64,000 nt of DNA. It comes from Squalus acanthias (lineage: Eukaryota). The position numbers and the translations under genes are program-made. Below, piece after piece: positions 46,525 to 57,714 of this stretch. The DNA lies in the NCBI GenBank assembly GCA_030390025.1, contig CM059432.1, positions 110,610,001 to 110,674,000 of the forward strand, given 5' to 3'. Positions within the stretch are counted from its first letter, which is position 1. Every line of letters begins with the position of its first letter. The notes beneath the pieces were generated by a model, which was given only the letters and a program-made list of their open reading frames with translations, had not been told where the DNA came from and ran no database searches.

Positions 46525-49085
46525 ATGTAAAAAGGAAGAGAATAGCAAAAGTAAACGTTGGTCCCTTAGAGGCTGAGACAGGAGAAATTATTATGGGAAA
46601 TAAGGAAATGGCAGAAACGTTAAACAAATATTTTGTATCTGTCTTCACAGTAGAAGGCACAAAAAGCATACCAAAAATGGTGTGGAACCAAGGGTCTAAT
46701 GAGGGTGAGGAACTTAATGTAATTAATATAAGTAGAGAAAAAGTACTAGAGAAACTAATGGGACTAAAAGCAGAAAAATTCCCTGGACCTGACGGCCTAC
46801 ATCCTAGGGTTCTAAAAGAGGTGGCTGAAGAGATAGTGGATGCATTGGTTTTGATCTTCCAAAATTCCCTAGATTCTAGAATGGTCCCAGTGGATTGGAA
46901 GGTTGCAAATGTAACACCACTATTCAAGAAAGGAGGGAAAGAAAAAACATGGAACTACAGGCCAGTTAGCCTGACATCAGTCGTCGGGAAAATGCTGGAA
47001 TCCATTGTTAAGGAAGTGGTATCAAGTCACTTAGAAAATCATAACATGATTAGGCAGAGCCAACATGGTTTTATGAAAGGGAAATCGTGTTTGACAAATT
47101 TATTAGAGTTTTTTGAGGATGTAACTAGCAGGGTAGATAAAGGGGAACCAGTGGATGTAGTATATTTGGATTTCCAAAAGGCATTTGATAAGGTGTCACA
47201 TAAAAGGTTATTACACAAGATTAGGGCTCATGGGGTTGGGGGTAATATAATAGCATGGATAGAGGATTGGTTAACTGACAGAAAACAGAGGGTAGGGATA
47301 AACGGATCTTTTTCAGGTTGACAGTGGGGTGCCGCAAGGATCAGTGTTGGGGCCTCAGCTACTTACAATCTATATTAATGACCTAGCTGAAGGGACTGAG
47401 CGTAATGTATCAAAGTTTGCTGATGATACAAAGCTAGGTGGGACAGTAAGCTGTGAGGAGAACACAAAGGGCTAAAAATTGAGTCGCGCCCCATTTGGGG
47501 CGCTAACCTCGCTGGGGCGCTATGTTTAGCGCCCCGAAAAAATTAGCGCCCCCGCGCCGGAATTTGAGTGGTTGCGCCCCAAGAGGGAAGCGGGGCGCTA
47601 CTGGAAGCACCCCGCATCCCTCTTGGGGCGCTGCGAGGGAATATCCTGGTGCTCTGGCGCTGCGGCACGTCGCACCGTGGTACTGCAGGCCTTCCTCCCC
47701 TTCTTAAAGGGGAGGGGCCCTGCGCAGCGCGAACCGGGGCCCAGCTGGGCCCCCAGGGATCGGGAGTGCCGGCAAAAGAGCCCGGCACTCAAGAGAAGTG
47801 CCGGGCTCTTGGAGCGCAGCTGGCACTTCACGGTGGGGGGGCTTCACGGGGGCCGGGGACAGCAACGGGGGCAGGTGCTGGCAGGCGGCCAGCAACAAAA
47901 ATGGCCACCTGCCACCTCCCCTTTAAATATCGCCGCCCCGGCCGCACGTACGCCCCCCTGAACCCGTCGGACATAGCGTCTGGCGGTAAGTCAGGGGGCG
48001 CGACCGAAGATCGCGGCTGGAGCGCGAGCGGGGTGCTGTGCGTCATCGCCGGCGGCGCAGCGCCACAGGGCGCTACCGGCTGGCGCCGCCGCTAACCTCC
48101 CGCTGAATTTTGCGGGAGGCGTGGGCGGCGCTGCGCCCGGGTGTTAGCTGCTTTGCGCCCCATTAGCGCCCTCTTAAGGCGCTAACGGGAGGCGCAAGCA
48201 GCTGAATTTTTCCCCCAAAGAGTCTGCAAAGGGATATAGATAGACTAAGTGAGTGGGCAGTAAGGTGGCAGATGGAGTATAATGTAGGGAAATGTGAGGT
48301 TATTCACTTTGGTAGGAAGAATAGAAAAACAGAATATTTTTTAAATGGTGAGAAACTGTCAAATGTTGATGTTCAGAGAGATTTGGGTGTCCTCATGCAA
48401 GAAACACAGAAAGCTAGCATGCAGGTACAGCAAGCAATAAGGAAGGCAAATAGCATGTTGGCCTTTATTGCAAGGGGGTTGGAGTACAAGAGTGAGGAAG
48501 TCTTGCTACAAATTGTACAGGGCCTTGGTGAGACCACACCTGGAGTACTGTGCATAGTTTTGGTCTCCTTTTCTAAGGATGCCTTGGAGGCGGTGCAACG
48601 AAGGTTCACTAGATTGATTTCTGGGATGAGAGGGCTGTCCTATGATGAGAGATTGTGTAGAATGGGCCTATACTCTCTGGAGTTTAGAAGAATGAGAGGT
48701 GATCTCATTGAAACATACAAGATTCTGAAGGAAATTGACAGGGTAGATGCTGAGAGGTTGTTTCCCCAGGCTGGAGTGTCTAGAACTAGGGGCATAGTCT
48801 CACGATAAGGGGTACGCCATTTAAGACTGAGATGAGGAGGAATTTCTTCACTCAGAGGGTTGTGAATCTTTGGAATTCTCTGCCCCAGAGGGCTGTGCAT
48901 GCTGAGTCTTTGAGTATATTCAAGGCTGAGATAGATAGATTTTTGGACTCTAGGGGAATCGAGGGATATGGAGATCGGGCAGGAAAGTGGAGTTGAGGTC
49001 GATGATCAGCCAAGATCTTATTGAATGATGGAGCAGGCTCGAGGGGCCGTATGGCCTACTCCTGATCCTATTTCTTATGTTCTTA
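46525..49085 (+). mobile_element. 5'-truncated CR1 LINE inserted in the Harbinger Myb-gene intron
   Basis: ORFs 46593-47321 and 48272-48808 carry CR1 RT motifs. Tail TTCTTATGTTCTTA. Confidence 0.94.
47469..48216. mobile_element. CpG-rich Harbinger-type MITE
   Basis: TIRs GGGCTAAAAATT / AATTTTTCCCCC, TSD AAA and many AGCGCC/GGCGCT subterminal motifs. Confidence 0.9.
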
Positions 49086-50129
49086 TTCACCTATGTCCTG
49101 CTGTGCGCATCACCCCAACCCCTCACTCTTCCTTCTCAAGTCTGGTTTCTGGCTTAGTTGGTAGCACCCTCATCCTCCAAGCTCTGCTCAGCTGAACATA
49201 AATGCTGTACCCTGGGGGCCGTCGATTAAGAGGAGAATCCTGAGCAGCAGCAGAGAATGTGCGATGCACTGACAGGCCTTCCAAGCACACTAACCATGAT
49301 TGCAGAGAGAATGGAGGAGTCTCCTCAAGCATGAGTGGGTTGACGTTGCAGAGTATTGCGATGATGTCTTCTTCCATGGAGAGAGTGGTCGGCTCCGTGG
49401 AACGTCAAGCATGGCTATCAACTGAGTCCGTGCCGCCTTGACCATGGCCGTGCAAACTCTGGATGACAACATGTCTGCCACCTTAAATAGGATGACAGAT
49501 ACCTCAGCCTTGGCCTTACAGGGCCGTACTGATCTGCACCAAAGTGTTCTCCAGCACAGTGGTAGCAGTAAAATGCAGCTGGACCATGAGAGGGATGATG
49601 GCGAAAAGGGATATGGAAGTGAGGACTCCACTCAAAGCACTTTCACTTCTCACCCGTTGCAGCAGTCTTTGATGGGGCCCTCACAGGCTCCAAAACCCAA
49701 AGGACGTTGGCCAAGAGCATCTCAGCAGTCGGAGCAGGGATCTGAGCAGTCTGCCTCTACCTCTGCTGTAACCACAGGGGTTGCAGTAGGAAAAGGAAGA
49801 GTAAAGCTTTGTAGTTGCACAAGGGTATGCACATGTGTGTGAGAAAATGTAATGTTGTTAAGTTTCTGTTGTTCAGTTAAAGCACATAAGTATTATTCTT
49901 TTGCACCACTTTTCCCATCTTGCCCATTCTTGGTTGCTGGGTGAAAAGTCACCTTTTAATTTATGTGATGATGAATGGGAAGACATGAATTTGTGGGGAT
50001 CAATGGGGGGATGTGCAAGGGGTGGTTGGTTGTTTGTAGGACTGATTTGTGTCAGTGGCATTGGGGGTGTCGGGGGGCAGGAAGAGTGGCTGTTGCATGT
50101 ATTTGTGACATGGGTCCACTGGTGCAACC

Positions 50130-51400
50130 TAAGTGAACCTTGCATTAATAAGGGCATCCTTGGCATCCCGGGCAGCAATGTGAGCAGCTGGGGGTGCATT
50201 GCCCTCATCACCTTCCTCCTGCTTGCCTTCCTCTTCCTCCTACTCCTCCCCCTTGGAATCTTCCGAGGAGGATCTGTGCTCTTTGCCTTCTTCCTCCTGC
50301 AGGTCCAAACCTCACTGCTATGCAATGTTGTGCAGAGCGCAGCACACCATGACCATTCTGAAGACCCTGGCTGGTGCTTACTGAAGGGCACGTCCAGATC
50401 TGTCCAGGCACCCAAAGCGCATCTTCAGCATGCCGATGGCTTGCTCGATCACACATCTGGTGGTGATATGGCATTCATTGTAGTGCTGTTGGGCTTCATT
50501 TTTCAGGTTTCTGACAGGTGTCATCAGCCAAGTTTGAAGTGGGTATCGCTTGTCTCCGAGCAGCCACCCCTTAAGTGCGTTTCCAGGTCCAAAGATGTCA
50601 GGGAGCTTGAACTGTCACAGGACGAAAGCATCATGGCAGCTCTCCGGGAATCTGGCACACACCTGCAGAAATATCTTCTTGTGGTTGCACACCAGCTGCA
50701 CATTGATGGAGTAGAAGCCCTTGCGGTTAACGAATATTCGTGGGTGATCTGGGGGTGCCCAGATTGCCATGTGTCTACAGTTTATGATGCCCTGCACCTG
50801 TGGGAAGCCAGCCAGAGCCGCAAACCCGAGTGCCCGTTCATTCTGACTGGCATCATCGCAGGCAAAGTTGAAATAATTGCCGGCCCTGGTAAACAAGCCA
50901 TCAGTCACCTGTCTTATGCATTCTTGGGCCGCCGACTGGGAGATCATGGATCTGTCTCTGGCAGAGTCCTGGAAGGATCTGAAGGCAAAAAAGTTGAGGG
51001 CGGTGGTGACTTTGACAGCCACTGGTAATGCGTGGCCACCAGGTCCAGCAGGGAGCAGGTCATCTCCTAGGAGGCTGTCGATGTCTGCTGCCACCTAACG
51101 CGACAACTGAGACACTGCTGTTCAGACATGTCAAGGAAACTCAGCCTCTGCCTGTAAGACCGTTTCACAGGTAGTGCCTCCTGCGAGCTGCTCCCCTCTC
51201 CGCCGCTCCCCTCTCCGCCGCTCCCCTCTCCACCGCTCCCCTCTCCGCCGATCCCCTCTCCGCCGCTCCCCTCTCCGCCGCTCCCCTCTCCGCCGCTCCC
51301 CTCTCCGCTGTCCAGCTACAGGTCTCTGAACAGCAGGCGGGTGCTGGTGCTGATGCTGGTCATATTGCTCCTCGTCCAAGGTCCAATCTAAGGCAGCCAT
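50130..51400 (-). pseudogene. Harbinger (HARBI1-like) DDE transposase, decayed
   Basis: ORF 50615-51094 VKVTTALNFFA...ISQS...GFPQVQGIINCRHM...FVNRKGFYSINVQLVC...RFPESCHDAFVL. The first catalytic Asp (normally IDC) reads N. Confidence 0.9.
51191..51310. repeat. 15-bp tandem repeat CTCCCCTCTCCGCCG x~8 within the transposase 5' region
   Basis: Read directly. Translates as (RRGER)n on -. Confidence 0.93.
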
Positions 51401-52520
51401 AGCGCCACCAATCCTGACGTGATTGAGAAAACCTCCAAAGTATAGAAAGTAAAATCTCAGCAAAAGTACGGAGAAAAAACCCTTTCCCACGAGCAGGTAT
51501 GAAAGCAACTGTGAGCACTGAGTATTTATTGCAGTATTTCCATGCGTTTGAATCAGACCCCTTAATTGCCGTTGTGTTCTCGCCTTGCTTTCACTGGTGA
51601 ATTTCAGGAAGCCTGGGAAACCTGTGGATGCGCCATTAAATTTGACAGTGAGTTGAAATATCGCTCTAATTGAGTGATTAACATATGTTGATAGGCAACC
51701 CGCCTCTCCCGAGGGGGTTGCGTGCAAGCTTGAGTTAAACCCAGAAGTCGGCGGGTTGGAGCAGGCGTCCTGATGCGCTGAGATTTTTGCCGGTTTTAAC
51801 CCCCCCACCTGCACCTGAACCTACACGCTTCTCCAGGTTAAAATTCCCCTTGATACTTCAGCTGACGTCTAACCTGTGATTTATAAAGGTTTACCTTCTT
51901 TGCCTTTGTACTCTATGCCTCTATTTATAAAGCCCAGGATCCCGTTTTTTGATTGATGCTGATTATTTACCAACATAATGCTCAAAGCACTGTAACCCTT
52001 TCTGTTGCTGAAACAATGGGCAATGCATGAATGGAAAATGAATACAAGTAATGGCAACTTGCACCCTGGGAACACCACACAACTGAAAAATTGAGCCGGC
52101 CTCTCCAGATGGTGCTGCTGTTGAAATTGACGTACACATATGCGTGGCAAGAGAAGGATTCTGTTATCTCTGGGCTGTAGCACGGATTTGCATACTGGCT
52201 GATCTATTTGGTGATCCCATTCAGAGAGACCACAAAGATGGCTAATGTGGGAATTAGAATAAATCACATGGGTGCTCTTCAATGATCGGGTTAAAGCACA
52301 TTGCCTGAGCACCACAAGAGGGGCTTCACTGATTTCAGAGTGCTTGATGCTGATACGATGCCCCTAGCATGAGAAAGTGTTTTATTTCCCAGCATTAGCA
52401 GCTCTCACTTTGAGCAGAAAATTGAGAAATTCCGTAATATAAACATTATGAACCAGTGCATTTCACTCCAAAAAACAGGGTTCCATTCATTTAATTAGTT
52501 TGAAATCTTTCTACCACACC

Positions 52521-52780
52521 TGGGGTTGCCAACCCTCCAGGGCTGTCCTGGAGTCTCCAGGAATTACAGATTCATCTCCTAGGCAGCAGCCCAGAAAAAC
52601 AACATTAAGGGGATTAAAAAAAGGTGTGCATTTTTATTTCATTTTCTTTGAACATTTTCTTTTATTAGTAATACAAATATTGGAGGGAAAAAATGCTGTT
52701 TGACTGGGCGGGCCGGTTGGAGGCGGGAGGTTAGGTGATGAAACCTCCAGGAATATGTCCAACCAGACTCGGCAACCCTA
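52521..52780. mobile_element. hAT-type (Tip100-like) MITE
   Basis: TIRs TGGGGTTGCC / GGCAACCCTA with flanking CCACACC / TCACACC. A related fragment lies at ~19105-19150. Confidence 0.7.
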
Positions 52781-54289
52781 TCACACCTTCTCTCATCTAT
52801 CATCTCACTATTGGAATGGTCCGAGCTTTGGCAACTGTGCTCAGTGTGTAGGACTCCCCTTCCCCCACATGACCAGTGCCCGATAGCAATCTCTGAAATA
52901 ATTAACCACACTCGATTCCTCCTTGACGATAACATTTTTACATATTTATAGATTGCATGCAGTGGTCTACAAACCATTGTCTTAAAGGGAGATGTCGTTT
53001 GTAACATTCCTCGTTTACCTATGACATAATTTGCTTGTATCCTGAAAGGGGTGGAAGGGAGTCTGACTCCAAATATATATGATTTTGCTCAGTGTAATAA
53101 TAGAATTATGGTATTCAATGTGCAGCTTGCATGAAAACAAAACATAATGAGATGCAAACATGTCAGCCAACTAACACAGCAATGGTACATCCCCCGAATG
53201 TAATTCCTCAATCCCTTTACCATGGTTGTAGTCAGAAGCAGCTGTGTGATTTGGGCTGCTGATAGCTTCTGGCAGCACCTCACAAGGCAAGGTCAGCTCA
53301 AGGTAAGTCTGCACTGAGCACGCCTGCTCCTCTGCTAATCTATTTAAATCTCATTTTATGAGGGCCACTAATTTCTTGTAACAGGATGACAGTTGAAATA
53401 TATCAACAAATAAGGCCCATGTTTTGCTGCATCCTAAGTAAGATGGGAAGGTATGTCATCCTACAGACGACTCCAGATCTTTGTGTTTCTTATTGTAATA
53501 AAATGATTTGTACCAAACCCCATTCCTTATGTGTGCTAAACCAGCTGTCTCATCGAGCAACACTCAAACTATTTGAAAGATCAGGCATCAAAAGCTGAGC
53601 CTGAAGTTCCTTTGAGCATCTCTCACTCTAACTGACTGAGTGCTGCCGCCTCCTCAATCTCTTTAATATTATTGTCCCAGTCACACTGCAGAAAGGGAAC
53701 TGTTTGGAGCTATTTCTAAGTGCTCCAATAACACAGAACCTGGAGAAAAAAATTATTTTAAAAAGTTAAGAAATTCAATCCTTTCAGATGCTGTAGTTGT
53801 TATAATGCACTAATTTTCTCGGTAGCAGGACATTTCAGAATTATCCTGTAAATGCATCTCATGCAATCGCCACAATTAAACAGACAAGAATCCGTACCTT
53901 ACAGTGTAGACCAAGGAGTAGAGGTTCCACTTTGGGTGCAACCGGGAAATTGGGCCCAAAAGGAGCTTTAAATTGCACTGGTTACAGTTCAAGTTTCCGC
54001 TAAAATCCATCTGCATAACCACAAATGTAAAATCTTCCCTGAACCCAGACAATCGGGCACCATAACAGAACGTCATTGTTTCTTTTTTGTTCTTTCCATT
54101 ATAAAGCATTCCCTGACGTATTTAAAAGTGATAAACTGGTGCAGTTTTATTAATTCAACTGAAAATGGGTTTATTACCAAAACTAAGCATTGTCCTTTTA
54201 AAATTGAATATATCCTCTGCTTGCACTGCCACTGCTATTTTACCTGCTAACTACCCTGTGTGTGAAGAGGTTATATCTATAACTTGGGA

Positions 54290-54673
54290 ACGTAATTGGC
54301 TAAGGCAGAGGAAGTAGAGAGAAGTGGTGAAAGGATGTTTTTCTGATTGGAGAGAAGTACGCAGTGGGGTCCCGTTGGGGTCGGTATTAGGACATTGCCT
54401 TTCTTATACAAATGACCTGGACTTGGCTATAGGGAGTACAATTTCAAAGTCTGCATATGATACAAAGCTTGGCAATGCAGTAAATATTGAGCAGGATATT
54501 AGCAGAGTTCAGGAGGACATGGACAGACTGGTGAAATGGGTAGACACATGGCAGATGCCATTTAATGCAGGTAAGTGTGAAGTGATGCACTTTGGGAGAA
54601 ACAACAGCCCTTTCAAAGTGCCGGCACAGGCACAATGGGTCGAATGGCCTCCTTCTGTGCTGTAAGATTCTAT
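54290..54673 (+). mobile_element. Internally deleted CR1 fragment with 3' tail
   Basis: SGVPLGSVLG...WQMPFNAGKCEVMHFG joined to the tail GAATGGCCTCCTTCTGTGCTGTAAGATTCTAT. The tail resumes at 56422. Confidence 0.8.
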
Positions 54674-56421
54674 GGCTGGAATTTTGCCTACCTGGGCGGG
54701 TCCGTTGCGGGCTGTGTCCGTGGGGGGTCGCGACCCCGCTGCTGGCTCCATCCTGCTGTTGAAGATGAACTTACCTTAATGGGGCCTATTAAGCCCGACC
54801 AGCACGTCACCCGGCCCAATGAGATGGAGCGGGTCTGGTGATGTCATTCATGATGCATTTTTAGCCGGGATCTTTAAAGGGACCATGGCCACATTACATT
54901 TGAAGTTTAATCTAACCTGGTGCTGTCAGTATACTACAACATTGGAGTGCTGCAAACACTGACAATGACTACACAGAGGCAGAGGGCTGCACCCAGGTTG
55001 TCCGATGACTCCCTCCACATGCTTATGGAGGGAGTCACAGCACGCAGGGAGGTCCTCTTCCCTTCCGATAGGCAGAAGAGACCTCCCCAGCCTGTTTGCA
55101 CATTGCAGAGGAGGGCACAAGCAGGGATGTCGTCAGGAGGACCTGGGTGCAGTGGTGCAAACCTTTCAATGATCTTAGTAGATCACAAAACGATAGTACA
55201 AAGTCACACTCAACCTTATCCTGCTGTGCCACTCATCACATCCCCATCACTCTGCCTTCCCTACCCTACTCCTGCACATCCTTACTCATACCAACGTATC
55301 TTGCACCTCCACCCATCCCTCTCTATCTACATTATCACTTCCCCATCTCACTAACCACCCCTCACACTCACCCTCATCCTAGTGCAATCATACCAACTAA
55401 CAACACACAAGAGTCAGCACTTGGGTGTTTTATGCAATGTTCATGTGAAGGTTCTGTTAATGTGGTGTCAAATATAAAAATCTTTATTTTCAACATTTTC
55501 CGGTCTTGGACAGATTTGTGTACACCTTTGGAAGTGGCTTAGTGAGTTGCAGTGAATGGTGAGACATAACGGTACCTCCGCAATGGCGATGAGTGTAAAA
55601 GGAATGGCTTGGGCATTGTAGGGATGCTTTATGGTGTTGATGTGGGGTGGTGCCAACCTGGAGCATCATGTGGCAGCCATATAGTACAGTGTCAAGTGAA
55701 GTAAATCTGGCCACAATGGGCAGCAATATGGTCATGTGTTGATGCCCTCTGTCCTGTGCAGCATCAGTTGATTGCGGAGAAGGTTGGTGTTGTGCTGGTG
55801 TGCCTGGTGCTGCTGGTGTTGGGGCTCATCGTGGTCCGATTCTGAGGACCAAGGTGAGACAGTATAAATGGCATCCATGTTGATGGAATAGATGGCAGGT
55901 GAAGTACAGATGACAGAAGCATTCTGTCAATGAGTGAGAGAGTTCTTCCAATGAGGTGACACTGGATGGAGACTTTGCTGGAAACACATGCAGCCTACAG
56001 AATCTGTGCTGGGAATGGACTGAGCAACAGCTTCTGCCTGAGGAAAGTGATCATCTGTAAGGTGTGAGCTTTTACTGTACATTTTATGCTGTCAATTAAT
56101 CAGCTGGAGCAATGGCCACTGAACTCCCGCCTCAGGTTGACAGACGTGGTTCCCGAGCTGCGTGAATCCTGCGGCCATGCAGGGAAATTTAAAATGTAGG
56201 GGGGAGAAAGGCTTTAAAGTGCCTGTAAACAACCTGATAATGATTTCAATTGGGTCTCCCACCGCTGGCGGTCGGGTCAGCTCCACGATGACAGACGCAC
56301 CTGGGGGAAAGGCGCGTGGGAACGAGATGGCAGCAGGTTCCTGACCCACTGTCAAAAATAACAACTTTCCCACCCGACCCTCCACCGATCTCGCCCGCTA
56401 CCACCCCGGAAAATTCTGGCC
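54674..56421. mobile_element. Non-autonomous Harbinger with a Myb-like remnant (+, ~54965-55185)
   Basis: TIRs GGCTGGAATTTT / AAAATTCTGGCC and TSD TAT. MTTQRQRAAPRLSDDSLHMLMEGVTARREVLFP...RRTWVQWCKPFNDL. Confidence 0.85.
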
Positions 56422-57714
56422 TATGATTCTGTGATTCTAATTGTACACTCACCTTTTCACATCCAAGTTTGGATGCCTGTCCTCCTGTACTAGAGCTTGT
56501 GTTAATATGGAAGATCACTCTGGGATCCAGTTTACCTATTCCCTTGAAGATTTTATGGACCTCAATAAGGTCATCTCTATGCAATACTGCCTCCAAGGGT
56601 AGGCTGTTCCGCTGTAGTATGGTGCCAGAACTGTTCTCTCCGAGGATTTCAAAACCTTTGAAAATCCTGATCTCTCGCTGCCTTTCTTTTTTACTACTTC
56701 AGGCTTTTAAAGCCCCAAGTTTGGCTTCACCTAATCACTACTTATCTTTTCTCTTACTCTTCAATATTAATCGTGTCCTGCACTATGGCCCTTTATCTGG
56801 CTTGTCAATTTCTGAAAAAAATGGTGCTACCATCGACTGTATATATGACAAACCCATTATCATGGAATCTGATCTACACAATTAACGGGACAACAATGGA
56901 CTCTTTTACATGTCATAAATAAGATTACCATGGGCTCTGATGAAATTAATATTTAGTCCATTATGGATTGAATATATTAGCCTCTAAAAGACTACTTAGT
57001 ACTCAGGCACATACCATCACTAGGCGACTCGGGAAAATGAATGGATATCCACTAAAGAATCATGAAAAGCAGACGTGGGTCGGAAAATTCAGCCTGGCTG
57101 AGACTGCTGCTTTGGATTAGATTCTCATCCCATCAATGAGAAAAGCAAGAGCTCTTAAAATCAGAAATGATGTCAGAGAAATCCAAGTCCCACACAATGT
57201 TTGCAATTATGCAGCACTAGTTATTTTTAAAAAGCTATTCTTTTATTATTTTATATTACTTGAATGACCTTGTATGTCTGACACCACATTATTGTGAAAT
57301 TTGGTAAATATTATGAGGCTCTACAAAATCTCGTTTGATGGGAGCAAGGATCAGAGGATTATTAAAATGAATCACGAGAACATGAGGAGCTCAATGATTT
57401 GGGTGTCCTGATCTCTGCGTCCAATTCTCCAATCAAGCAAGCCTCTGCAATTGGAGTTGAAACTTCACTTCCACCCAACAGCTTTTCATTACCTCTGACT
57501 GGATTGTGACATCTTCACTCTGTATGTTTATTCACCAACAGGAAAGGCTGATCGCAAAATAATCATTGCTAATAGCAGAATGCTTTAATGTTTAGTTAAT
57601 GGTTAAATTTTGCTTGTGTAAATCTGAGTAGCCCATTTTAACCACAAGCTGTACCAGTCAGTGCACCGAGGGGCTTGAAACCTACGCTGCAACCAATGTC
57701 ATTGTACTTATATA

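Larger units (their letters stand above)
45998..51851. mobile_element. Full-length-like PIF/Harbinger transposon (Myb-like gene +, DDE transposase -), inactivated
   Basis: Termini GGCCCCGATATTTAA / TTAAAATTCCCCTT and decayed TSD AAT/GAT. The flanking CR1 rejoins. Both genes are present in convergent orientation. Confidence 0.85.

Noticed and set aside
49901..51028. 375-aa plus-strand ORF
   Set aside because: Antisense shadow of the transposase.
50615..51094. Host HARBI1 gene
   Set aside because: It lies between TIRs beside a Myb partner, is disrupted, and has a second decayed copy at 25 kb, so it is a transposon gene.
53284..53310. CAAGGTCA nuclear-receptor site next to a GTAAGT donor
   Set aside because: Short motifs expected by chance, with no supporting context.
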